Shown: piece by piece, positions 1 through 22,430 of the stretch
How positions within the stretch are numbered: the first letter of the stretch is position 1
Layout of the letters: each line of letters starts with the position of its first letter
Made by a program: the position numbers and the translations under genes
Origin: Lama guanicoe
Taxonomy: Eukaryota
Length of the DNA stretch: 64,000 nucleotides
NCBI GenBank assembly: GCA_013239625.1
Contig: MU053431.1
Span: forward strand, 2,196,485-2,260,484
Reading direction: 5' to 3'
Notes under the pieces: model-generated
What the model was told of the DNA's origin: nothing
Database searches by the model: none
The model's input: the letters and a program-made list of their open reading frames with translations, nothing else

Positions 1-480
1 GGGGACGGGGGCAGCCCGCTGGAGCTTGGGGTGGGCCTGTGATGGGGGGGTCTGGGTTTTGTCCTCAGAGCGACTGGAAGCCCCTGCCCGGGTTCCGAGC
101 AGGGGCTGCTGTGTCCTGGCATCTGTTGAAACAGCCTGTAGAACAGACCACAGGATGCCGGGGAGTGGGACCTCGTCTAGCGTCCACTGAGAGGGAGGGA
201 GCTGGACTGGGGAGACGACGGCTTGGAAGGGGCGGGCGGGGCCAAGCCCTGGCAAGGTGAGGGGACAGCAGGTCCAGGTGCCCTCGATCAGCCAGGCAGT
301 GCAGGGGAGGGGCCAGGTGTGCTGGCGAGTGTGGGGTTCACACGGCAGACATGTGGGGGCCACCCTCTCAGAGGTGAGTGGATGCTGCGGTGCTGGTGCC
401 CCTAGGAGGGAAACAGGCTGGGGTCATCCCAGGACTGAGCCCCGTGCGTCTCCAAGGCCAAGCGGGGCCGCTGAGGGTGG
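1..480. mobile_element. Ancient LINE-2 fragment
   Basis: Pattern 'gggttttgtcctcagagcgactggaagcccctg...gagcagggg' resembles the L2 body consensus; heavily diverged. Confidence 0.4.
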
Positions 481-979
481 CAGCAGGAGGGCATGGACCC
501 TGCTGAGACCCCCTGTCCGGATGCTCCAGCGAGGGGCCGATGAGACGGCGCAGGAGCTGGGGAGTGTCTGGTACAGGCGGCAGGTGACACCTGTCCCAAG
601 AGCCGCCGTTGTGGGAAGGGAGACAGGCAGGAGCGGGCACTGGCTCCCAACGCCCTGCCCAGCAGCCCGGCCTGGGGGCTCAGGGTGGTGGAGAGAGACC
701 CCCCGGGCCCTGGCCCTTTACAGTCTGACCTGCGCCCTCAGCTGCCTGCACAGCTGTCTACAGGAAGCCCTTACAGGACAGTAAACGTCCCTCCCGAATC
801 TCTCCTCACATGCACACACACGCGTGCATCTCCCTGTGCGTGCACACACGGCGCCACACATCCACACGCACAGCACATCCTGGTGTTGGGAGATGAGTCA
901 ACAGGGGAAAATGAGACAGACGCCCGGCACAACAGGACGCCGGAGAGAGAGGAGGGTGCAGGCTCCTTTGGTCCGTTAA

Positions 980-1560
980 CTTAAAAATCACAATATCCTC
1001 ACGGAGGAAGGATGGAGGGTGAGAACACGAAGCCGAAATGGACAGGTGGGAGGAGACACGGCAGGAAAACGGGAGCGGGTCAAGGAGGCAGGCTCAGTGC
1101 TCACGGGCTCAGCCTCGGCCGGGCTGTCGGATAAGGTGGGAGAAGCCCCCGGAGGCTCGGGGAAGGCTAAACATAGAAACGGAAGCCTTGCCTCCGAACA
1201 AGGGGCTCAGAGCAGACAGAAACAGTCGACGAAGGGGTCAGCACGTTGAAATGAGAGCTTTTCCAAGATCAGAGACTTAGAGAAATATTTAAGATCCCCG
1301 ACTGAAGGGCTCAGAGAGCCAGGTGGGACCGGCTTTTAGAACGAACCCTTAGAGTCACTGACGCGAAACGAGCGAAGTCAATGGGGAGATTCTTTAAAAC
1401 CTTGTCCACAGAAGAGCAAGACCCTCGACGTCGGAGGACGGGAGGACATGACCCCAGTGTTGGGGGAAAGAGCTCAAATTTTACACCCGGCAGAACTGCT
1501 TCTGAAACGGACGCGGTGGGAATGGGATCTGAGGCCCCGGAAGTCTGAGAAGGCCAGTCA
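980..1560 (+). mobile_element. Highly decayed L1 ORF1-like remnant
   Basis: A-rich + strand; peptide VLGERAQILHPAELLLK resembles the ORF1p C-terminal VLKE...PRILYPAKLSFK motif. Confidence 0.4.
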
Positions 1561-2300
1561 CGCAGCACCCAGGATCCTCTTAGAAAGGAGGGGGGGTTTT
1601 CTGCAGAAAGGGGGAATGATGTGCAGTTCTCTGAAGGGCCGGGGCGGGGGCGGAGGCAGTGACGGGGGGCCCAGGCCAGAGCCTCTCCTGGGGTTCCTGA
1701 GGAGAGGCAGTGCTGAGCTGGGGGCAGCCCGGGACTGGCTAGTGGGGGTCATTCCAGGAGGCCTTGGGGTGCAGGGGCTGCTCCTCGCTGCCTGGCACCT
1801 GGCCCTGGGTGATCAGGACAGGAAATGCGGGCTTGGCATGAGAGTAAGGGAGTCTGGAAGGCCTCCCGGAGGTCGAGGCACCACAAGGAGCAGAAATGAA
1901 ACATGGTCAACGCAGAGAAACGAGAAGGCCCACGGAGACCTGCGTGCAGCGGCTCGGGTCAGAGTGACCGGACAGAGGCCAGCACAGGCGACAGACAGAC
2001 AGACAGACGTGGTTTAGATTATCCAGGACAGAACGCGGCATGGCAGCCAAGGGTGACAGACAGCGTCTACGGATGGAGACAAGGTCGCGGTGGGTCTGCA
2101 CCACACCGCGCCCAGGACCGGCAGGGCCACAGGGCTTCCATTCACACCAGGGTCAGGGCCGGGCGGTGCCCACCTCTGGGGGGACGTCGGAGCACGGGGT
2201 GGCAGGGCTGCCAGCTCTGGGGGGCGGGGACCCAGGCGTCAAACTTAGTGAAACTCACTGATCTGAGGGCCTAAGACCAGGTAGTCTGTCATCAGTGAAT

Positions 2301-2306
2301 TTTATT
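2301..2306 (-). terminator. Probable CHRNA4 polyadenylation signal AATAAA
   Basis: TTTATT on + strand in an AT-rich patch ~2.4 kb downstream of the stop codon. Confidence 0.6.
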
Positions 2307-2504
2307 TACCTCAATCAAAAGACCCCTGGGAGCAAATATCCCAAAACAGTGCTCGTGGTTAATGTGGTGGGAATGTCAGTGCTCTGTGCGCTGGGGGGTT
2401 TTCTGACTTGTTTCTGTCTCTTAAAAAAAGAAAAATGAAAACAAGAAAGGGGAAGTTCTGGGCTCCCAGTCTCTCCAGATCCAGAAGAGAGTATCTGAAA
2501 TGGG

Positions 2505-2995
2505 CCCCCCCAAGGCCCCCCACAGCTGCCCCACGTCTGAGCTGGCCCCCCCAGCCCCCACCACAGCTGTCCCACATCTGAGCNNNNNNNNNNNNNNNNN
2601 NNNNNNNNNNNNNNNNNNNNNNNNNNNNNNNNNNNNNNNNNNNNNNNNNNNNNNNNNNNNNNNNNNNNNNNNNNNNNNNNNNNNNNNNNNNNNNNNNNNN
2701 NNNNNNNNNNNNNNNNNNNNNNNNNNNNNNNNNNNNNNNNNNNNNNNNNNNNNNNNNNNNNNNNNNNNNNNNNNNNNNNNNNNNNNNNNNNNNNNNNNNN
2801 NNNNNNNNNNNNNNNNNNNNNNNNNNNNNNNNNNNNNNNNNNNNNNNNNNNNNNNNNNNNNNNNNNNNNNNNNNNNNNNNNNNNNNNNNNNNNNNNNNNN
2901 NNNNNNNNNNNNNNNNNNNNNNNNNNNNNNNNCCCCACAGCTGTCCCACATCTGAGCTGGCCCCCCCAGGCAGCCCCACAGCTGCCCCACATCTG
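2505..2995. repeat. 41-bp minisatellite spanning an N gap (2584-2932)
   Basis: Unit ~ccacagctgtcccacatctgagctggcccccccaggcagcc, seen at 2520, 2561, 2935 and 2976. Confidence 0.9.
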
Positions 2996-4687
2996 GTGCT
3001 GGACCTGCTTACGTAAGCAGGATTGAGGTGCTTACATCTGGAATCTGCGTCCCAGCTGAGTCCTCGGGGGCCCAGTGTCCGGCTACTGCCCAGTCACTGG
3101 GTTCTGGTGAACTCCCCTCCTGGGCTGTCCCCAGCATCCTGTGACTGGGGCCCCAGATGGCCTCCAGGAGGCAGGTGCTGATCACAGCTCAACAGATGGG
3201 GCCAGTCCAGCCGTCACAGGCGATGGGGTGAGGACAGCAGCCCCCTAGCCCGTCTCCTCCAACCAGCATTGCCGTCTGGCTGGACCTCTGCAGCACCGTT
3301 CAGTTAGGCACTTGGTCTGTGCTGGGCTGAGCGTCACTCAATTATTCATTCAATTCTCCCAGGCACCTCGGGTCCCAGGCACCTTGGGACCCGGGCACTG
3401 TCTAGGCAGGAAGAACGAGGACCGCCAGGCTGGGCTCCAACCTGCCAGCCACACCTCTGACCGATGGGTCTGGAGAGGTGGGAGTTTGACCATCATAAGA
3501 GGAGTGATTCCTTGAGGGGCATGGAGTGGGGGCACTCTCTCCACCCAGATGTTGCTCCTGGGGGAGGGCCTGCACTTTCCTGCCCCACCGCTGCCTGGCA
3601 CCTGGAGCCTGAAGGTTCCAAAGAATCGGGAGAGCAGGGGTGGGGCAGCACAGACCACCCCCACACCACCTCAGGGCCAGTGTTCTCCCAGGATCACAGG
3701 GGACGCTGTGGGTGCCCCCCGGTGCTCAGCCTGTGCTGTCCCTGGGAGGACAAGTCTGAGGCCAGGAGGCCTGTGGAGGGTACCCCCACTCCCAGGGACC
3801 ACACTCCAGGGGGCTCCCAAGTCAGCCCAGGCAAGCTGTCCTCGGGGATCCCCAGGCTCCCCGTGGCCACTGTGTCAGGGAAGTCCTTCCTACTTCTGTG
3901 CCCAGAGGGGTCCCCGGGCTGTGAGCAGAGGGGAACCCATGGGAGGTACCAAGGGAGACCCAGTTCTGGACATGCCTCTGGGTCCCCCACAAGCTACCAG
4001 GGCCCACAGAGGATCTGGGGGCATCAGCAGGCCCCTGCAAAGTGTTTGCCTAAGACCCCCAGAACCCCTATAAGGCAGGTGTCTGGGCTCCAGGGGCCAA
4101 GGGTCCCTCACCCACGGGAGACCTGCCACCCAAATCCCTCCAAGTGGGACCAGGGCTAACGACTCCATTCCCCAAGGGCCCCTGGGCACAAAATCCGGGT
4201 TCTCACTAATTTACTCAGAACCAACCAAGATCAAACCTGTGCTTGGACCCCCCCTGGAAAATGAGATTCGCATATTTGCTGATTTGTCTCTGGAGTCGGA
4301 AAGAGCAGGACCCAGCAGGACCCGGGTGGGAGGCAGCTAGGCCTGGCTCAGTGCCTGGGGCCTGGGGGCCAAGGGGGGCCACGGTCGTGGTCCCGGGACA
4401 GTCGGGGCTGCTGGGACGTTTGCCGAGGACAGTCAGACGCAGGTCCTGGGCAGAAGGCCGTCGTGTTGCCATGCTCCGGGTAAGCTTTAATAAGACAAGC
4501 AGTGACACTGCCTTGCAGGCCCTTTCCCACCTGGGGCAGGTCCCCCGGAGGCAGCTCCTTCCAAGACCGTCCCACAGGGGACCACACCTCAGGGAGTCCC
4601 ACAGAGAGGCAGGCACAGCCCCAGTGAGCTGTCCGCAGACGCTGCCCGTGTCCTGCAGGTGCCTGGGCCACGCCCGGCCTCTGGCCC

Positions 4688-16328
<11,641 letters not shown>

Positions 16329-16366
16329 GGCGCACGGAGCCGGCTCTACATGCGGACGGCTCCCGG

Positions 16367-16420
16367 CTACCTCGCGCCCCTGCGTAGGGCTCCCCGAGCT
16401 CCGTGCGCGCCCAACTTCAT
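16367..16420 (-). other. Upstream ORF (17 aa) in the presumed CHRNA4 5' UTR
   Basis: ATG AAG TTG GGC...AGG TAG, MKLGAHGARGALRRGAR*, ending 38 nt before the main ATG. Confidence 0.55.
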
Positions 16421-17624
16421 GTCCCCCGGGCCGCGCGGGCCGCTCCGTCCGCCGGGCCTGGCTCGGCCGCTCCTCCTGCCTGGCGCGGCGGCGGCTGCCC
16501 GGCCAGGAGCGAGGGGCTGTGGGCTCAGCGGCGCGGCCCCGCCCGGACCTGCCCGCCTCCAGCCGGCGAGGAGGAGGGGGAGGAGGGAAAGGAGGAGGGA
16601 GCAGGAGGGAGGGCGAGGACCGGAGGGGAGGAGGAGGGGGGACGGACCGCGAGCCGAGACGGGGCGCGGAGGCTGCGCTTGGCTCTCGCAGGGCAAAGTT
16701 TCCTTCGACCTCCCTAGGCTGGGGACGTGCCCGAGCCATGGGCGGGGACCACGTAATCACTGCGTGCTGCTGGGGGATCCCAGCGCGGAGTGGTTTGAGG
16801 ATCCGGAGACACTGACCCCCGCCCCAGCCCCGCGCCCCGCCACCTTCCGGGAGGGAGGACGAACACCGAGGGACTCCGGGAGCGGGGCGGGGCTCCTGCA
16901 ACGGTCTGGCTAACTTCGTCACCCCCACGCGGCTTTGCAATTTGGAAATTACCAGTCCCTCATGGTCTTCTCCAGCGAGGCCTTTAGGACAGAGCCCACC
17001 CGCTATCAGCCTGTTCCCGGCGAACCACCGGGAAGCGTCCAGGGGAGCCTAGGACCCGCGGCCCACCCTTCCTGGGCAAGGGAGGACCCTAACCCCCCCC
17101 CTCCCAGGGCGAAGCCGCCTCTTGCTGCCTCCGGGTCTGGCCTGGGCCAGGGTCCGCTGCCCCCACCTCTGCGCAGCCTGCGAGCCGGTGGGCTGCGCCA
17201 GCGTGAGCGCAGACCCCATCCCACGCGCGGTGGGCAGCGGCTGAGGGGCGGCCGCGGAAGGCCTCGGGCCCAGGTGACTGGAGGATAGACCCGCGGCGCC
17301 TCCGGACTAGTCTTGAACAGTATCAGCCTCGCGCGGTGCCCTGGCAGGGGCTCCGCCCTCAGGTGGGTCGAGGTAGCCGCTGACCGAGCAGCAGGTGCTC
17401 AGAGGAGGGGGCGGGAGGGGCAGCTTTGTGCGGATGGAGCCACAGTCTGCGGTGCTCACAGGGCACCACTCGGCGGGAACGTGGCACTTGCAACCATCCC
17501 TGCGCGCCTCCGGTGGGGAGCTCTGCAGGGGGACCAAGCCCAAAAGGGAGACTTCGGGTCTGGAATGCGGGTAGAGAAGCAGGGGCTGGAGCCATCGCCT
17601 CCTCAGCAGCTTCCATCAGCGATG

Positions 17625-17890
17625 CCCCTGCCCCTCCTTGTCTCCCCAGCTCCTGGCCCTCCCAGCTGGTCTCTCCCCATCTCCCCTGCCCCCCTCATCT
17701 CCCTTCACTCCACCTCTATTCCCCTCCCATCTCCCTTCTCCCCATCTCCCTCCCCCCATCTCCTGCCTCTCCCCCATCTCCCTGCCCTCCCCNNNNNNNN
17801 NNNNNNNNNNNNNNNNNNNNNNNNNNNNNNNNNNNNNNNNNNNNNNNNNNNNNNNNNNNNNCCCTCCCCACCTCCCTGCCCCTCCTCCAG
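17625..17890. repeat. Polypyrimidine low-complexity tract with N gap (17793-17861)
   Basis: (ctcccc/atctccc)n. Confidence 0.85.
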
Positions 17891-18099
17891 GGCTCCTGCA
17901 CTCTGGCCCCAGGTCTAGCTCATCACACCTCACACACAATCGCTCTGAGGCCTCTAGGGCTCTCCTCACAGGAGCTCTCTGTCCACTCTTGGAGGTACCT
18001 ACAAATAGAGCTTTCAAAATGCTTGGTCCTGAGCAGTGCCCAGTCTCAACAGTGAAGGTGGGTCACTCCCTGTCCAAGTTGCTGGCCCAGGCCATTGAG

Positions 18100-18270
18100 C
18101 CACGTGGATGCAGCTCCCACAGCATCCCTGTGAGGTGGGCTCTTTTGTTACCCATGGGGCCCAATGAGGAAATGGACGGACAGAGGGGTTATGCCACCTG
18201 CCAAGGTGATGCATTTAGTACCGGGGTTCCAGCTGGGCCGTCTGGCCTCAGGGTCTGCACCCTGACCCCT
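18100..18270. mobile_element. MIR SINE remnant
   Basis: 'ccctgtgaggtggg...atgaggaaatgga...cagaggggttatgccacctgccaaggt' MIR core. Other MIR-like cores near 5690, 9770, 13610, 22190 and 29610. Confidence 0.55.
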
Positions 18271-20205
18271 CCAGACTGAGGGAGAGCATGTCCTGGCCTG
18301 TGCCTCTACAGATTTAACCTGGTGCCACTCTACAGTCTGCCCTTTCCTGGAGCCAGGAGGCCTGCCCTGGGGAAGACCACTAGACCACAGGGCCCCAGCC
18401 CCTGGCCCTCTCTTGGACCACCCCACAGGCACAGAGCCTGCTCTGGTCTGTGACCTACTTCTGCAGGCAGTCCCCCTCTCACTCCCTCCTTCTTTTCACC
18501 CCTACCCCGGTGCCAGATCCTGAGCTCCTCACATTCTTAAGCCCTTTCCCTGAGCCAGATAAGTACCAGGAGCCAGAAGTCCTCTAAGCTGAAAAGTTGG
18601 ACTGAACCATGAGCTGGTGAACAGGCCCTGCCCACGGCTCAGTGGGTGCAGGGGGGTGAGGAGGGCAACCCTGACCCCCGCGCCTCTCCTGGACCACTCC
18701 TCCCCACGCAGCAGGCAAAAGCCTGTCTTCCCCAGGGCCCTTGCCACATGAGGCTCAGAACCTGCCAAGGGCCCTGGCAGGGAAGGGACCAGGCAAGGGG
18801 GATGAGCCCTGGTGACTCCCTGAGGGGTTCTCTGTCTGTCGTGATGAGAGGGCCCCTGCTCTGCGCTGTCCCAGAGCAGGATGGCACCTGGCTTGCTGGT
18901 CGGCTGGATGGATTTGACGTTCTTCTCCTAGTGATAAAGGCCGATCACATTCCAGGTCCCATCTGGAGCTTCCTCCAAGGATCTCAGCGTCTCCGTGAAG
19001 CGGAGGTCAGCATTACCTTCTCTGGGGAGCTAGGAAGACGAGGTATGAACAGTTGTCACTGGCTGTGATAAGGCAATCCCATCACCCTGTGGCATTCTCC
19101 ACACATTCCAAATGGGGATGCTCCCTCATACCTCTGCCTCCAGGCTCATCTCTCGGGACTTGTTAAACCTGGGCCCTCCTGCCAATGTTAAAGGCTGGAG
19201 TAAGAGGAGAGAGGGGGCCAACCTGTGAAGGCTTCCTGGAGGAAGGGGCATACAGGAATTCAGCCCCGGGGGACTATGGATGTCCACTCATAGCCCTGCA
19301 CAGGGAATCACCTGGGGAGTCTGCTTAAGTCCCAGACTTTGGCACCCCCACCTCAGGGACTATTCAGCCCCGGCCGAGGCCCCCCTCCACGCAAGCCCAA
19401 GGCAGGAGGCCTTAGACTGAGAGCTGAGTTGGCCCAAGGACTCATACAGAGGATCAGGCCAGGCCCCCAGTCCTGGCAGGGCTGGGACCCTGGGGTCCTG
19501 GCCTGGGCCGGGTGCTGGCATTTCCCTGGGACAGTGTCTGAACAGGGCTCTCAGAAGGAGCCTGCACCCGCTCACAGGCCAGGTCCACCTGCCTCCCTTC
19601 CCTGCACTCTGGTCACAGTGACAGTCGAGAAGATGGCTCTCAACAGCTGTTCCCACAGGAGAGTTCAGCCAGAGAGCCCTGCCTCCCCGTGTCTCCTGGC
19701 GCTAGAGGCCAGGCTGGGGTTAGCACCGGCGCTGGAGGCTCCTGCGGACACAGCAGAGCACACGCTCACACACATCTGTCCTGACTTGTTTGGCCTTCCC
19801 TGCAGATTTGCTAATGCAGCAAGATTAATTAATTTGCATGGTCGTCCCTCCCCACCTGCGCCCGGCTGAAGAATACTCTTTGCAGGAACCTAATAATCAC
19901 TGTAGCCACTGAATTAGATTCTTACTCCAGGTCACTAAGCCCCTCCCTCCGGCTGCTCCGGAAACTGCTGCTTCAGAGGAAAGGAAAACCCCCAATTCAC
20001 AAAGGAGACAAGCTTTAGGGGGCAGCCCCTCCATGTTCCCGTGCTGAGTCCTGGAGCCTTTGTGGCAGGGCTGATGTCCTCTGAGGAGACCTTGGGTGGG
20101 GGCCGAGGAGAGGTGGAACAGGCTCCTTGAAGACCCCTCCCCACACGGCCCCCAACCTGCCTCCCTCCCCCCACGCCCCCAACCCCGCCAATGCCAGGCC
20201 GCTGG

Positions 20206-20407
20206 CTGAAATGGAAATTCATCTCAGCAGGACTGGCCTCCCTCTCCCTCGCTGCCCTCTCCACCCTCCACCCTGTCCCAAGGACATTTCCATGGTAACC
20301 AGTAACTGACTGAAATGGAAATTCATCTCAGCAGGACTGGCCTCCCTCTCCCTCGCTGCCCTCTCCACCCTCCACCCTGTCCCAAGGACATTTCCATGGT
20401 AACCAGT
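20206..20407. repeat. Perfect 98-bp direct duplication (period 104)
   Basis: 20206-20303 is identical to 20310-20407, with a 6-nt spacer AACTGA. Confidence 0.95.
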
Positions 20408-21233
20408 TGTCGGGATAACCGGGGATTTGAATCAAAGGTGGGAGCTTAGGCTGGGGTGGGGGCGTCAGGAGGCAGACCTGGAAGAGGCAGCAGGGTGGGC
20501 CTGGGAGGGGACCCGAGGGGGCTCCTCAGCACCAGGGCCCATTGGGGCTTCAGTGACCCACGTGAGCCCAGGAGCAGGGCTGTGAGCCCAGCCGGCCAGG
20601 CACAGGGGTCCTGCCTGTGCCCCTCCCACACGGCCACCGAACCCCACACCCTCAGGCTGAGAGGCCCAGATGTTTGGGGCTGGCCCTGGGCCTTAGGCAG
20701 ATGCTACCTAGGAGGGAGGAGTGACAGCCATGCTGGGTCAGCAAGGGCATGGACGGTGGGACCTGGGGAGGTTTCAGAGGCTGTCACTTCCTCCTCATCC
20801 TTTCCCATCATCCGTCAGGAATGGAGCTGGAGCGAATTTAGTGCTGTTGCCTCCCTGGGCCTGGCAGGACCACCCTACCCTCCCTTGGGTCGGGGGTCAT
20901 GCCCACCCCTGAAGCACCCCCTCAGCCGGTCCTGTGGTGGGACCCCCCACCCCATGCTCAGGGGACCCCGCCACCCCCGAGCCCCAGGCTGGCTCAGGCT
21001 GCCCTCTCTCTGGGGCTGTTAGGAAGATCCTGGACTGGCCTTGGGATCAAATCCCTCAGCAGGAGTCCTGGTCCAGCACACACTACCAGTGAGGCCCCAA
21101 GGGAGAAGCACTGTGTCTAGTCCTCAGGTCACCCTGACCACTACATGGGAACAAGTATTGTCCTGGGCCAGAGGACTCCTGGGCCACCTACCCAGGCTGG
21201 CCCCCTCCCAGATCTCCCAGCGGCCTCCCTGCT

Positions 21234-21254
21234 CTCAGCACCACGGACAGCTCC
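21234..21254 (+). promoter_or_regulatory. RE1/NRSE (REST binding site)
   Basis: CTCAGCACCACGGACAGCTCC versus consensus TTCAGCACCACGGACAGCGCC (19/21), canonical 2-nt spacer. Confidence 0.85.
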
Positions 21255-22364
21255 CCTGCTCCACCACTCCAGCCTCCTGTGACCAAATGCCTTCCCTGGG
21301 CCTCTTGGGAGGAAGCCCATCTTTGAGTTCCTGTCTTTGCCCATTTCTTTTAGCAAAAGTTTTGAGAGCCACCAAGTGCAGGAGGAATGTGAGAACTGGG
21401 GCCATTTCTCCAAAGAGGACGTGTGCTGGTCGTTCCCCATTCGCAGATGCTTCCAGCCAGGCCCCTTATATAGATGTCCCTGCTGCCCGGCTGGCGGCCA
21501 CAGAGATGCTGCGATGAGGGGTGGGTGGGGGAGAGGGTGGCTGCGAGGCCTCGCGATCTAAAAATCATCAAATGCTTTGCTTGCAGGGAGGGAGAGTGGA
21601 CAGTAGCTCAGAGGAAGCAAAGAGCTGGCCCTCCCCAAGTCACTGGCAATTCATCCTCCAAGGTCTGGACTTAAGCCATGAACCGGAGCTGTGCTGTGCC
21701 AAGCTCAGGGCCTGCTGCCCCAGCAGCTTTCCTCCTGGCCAGCGTCCTTGACGTCCCACAGCCCTGGCCTCGAGGAATGTGCTGTCTACAGCCAGGGCTG
21801 CTCACAGGGGCCCTTCCTGCCAGGGCTGTGCAGGGCCCCCCAACCTGGAGCCAGTCTGGCTGGGGCTCAGCCCTGCTCCCCGAACGTCAAGAGCACCCAG
21901 CCACAGCGGGGCTTTGTCCTCCGACACCAGGCAGCACCTTTTTAGAAGGTATCGATCTGCCTCTGGCCGGCCTCCATTTTCACAGCTCCACGCGCCTCCG
22001 CCCCGCCCCCCACCTCTGCTCACCAGTTAATTATCTGTAAACACGCTCCTGAGGAGGGCAAAACGCTCTGCAGGGTGAGGAAGCAGCTGGGGAGGTGAGC
22101 TCCCTGGCCCTCGAGTCTGTTCCCAGGTCTTCCTTCCACTGGCCCAGCCAGCACGTGGGCGCCTAGGTGGCCCTGCCAGCAGCACCTCTCTGAGCCTCCA
22201 TTTCCCTAGCTGTTACATGAGGTAGTAACTGTCCCAGGTCATGGGGTGGGTGTGTTGGGGGGCTGGCTGGTTTCTGGCATCTGCTGCTAAAATTACTCTC
22301 AATAACCTCTTGACAATAGCTTATCTCTCAGGGGAGGGTCCTGTGCCAAAAGCTGAGAGCTAGA

Positions 22365-22430
22365 AGAGGGGTCACAACTCAGGTGCCCAGAGTCCCAGAG
22401 GGGTCACAACTCAGGTGCCCAGAGTCCCAG
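22365..22430. repeat. 32-bp tandem duplication
   Basis: agaggggtcacaactcaggtgcccagagtccc x2. Confidence 0.9.

Noticed and set aside
1-2280. COL20A1 terminal exons expected from human synteny
   Set aside because: No Gly-X-Y collagen exon or other recognisable coding sequence; the region looks repeat-derived
2315-2992. ORFs running through N gaps (also 17313-18279)
   Set aside because: Open only because N codons contain no stops
2505-2995. CRISPR-like array
   Set aside because: Head-to-tail repeat without unique spacers, mammalian context, no cas genes
20525-20545. Additional RE1-like sites (also near 53163)
   Set aside because: Left half CAGCACC only; the right half GGACAG is absent
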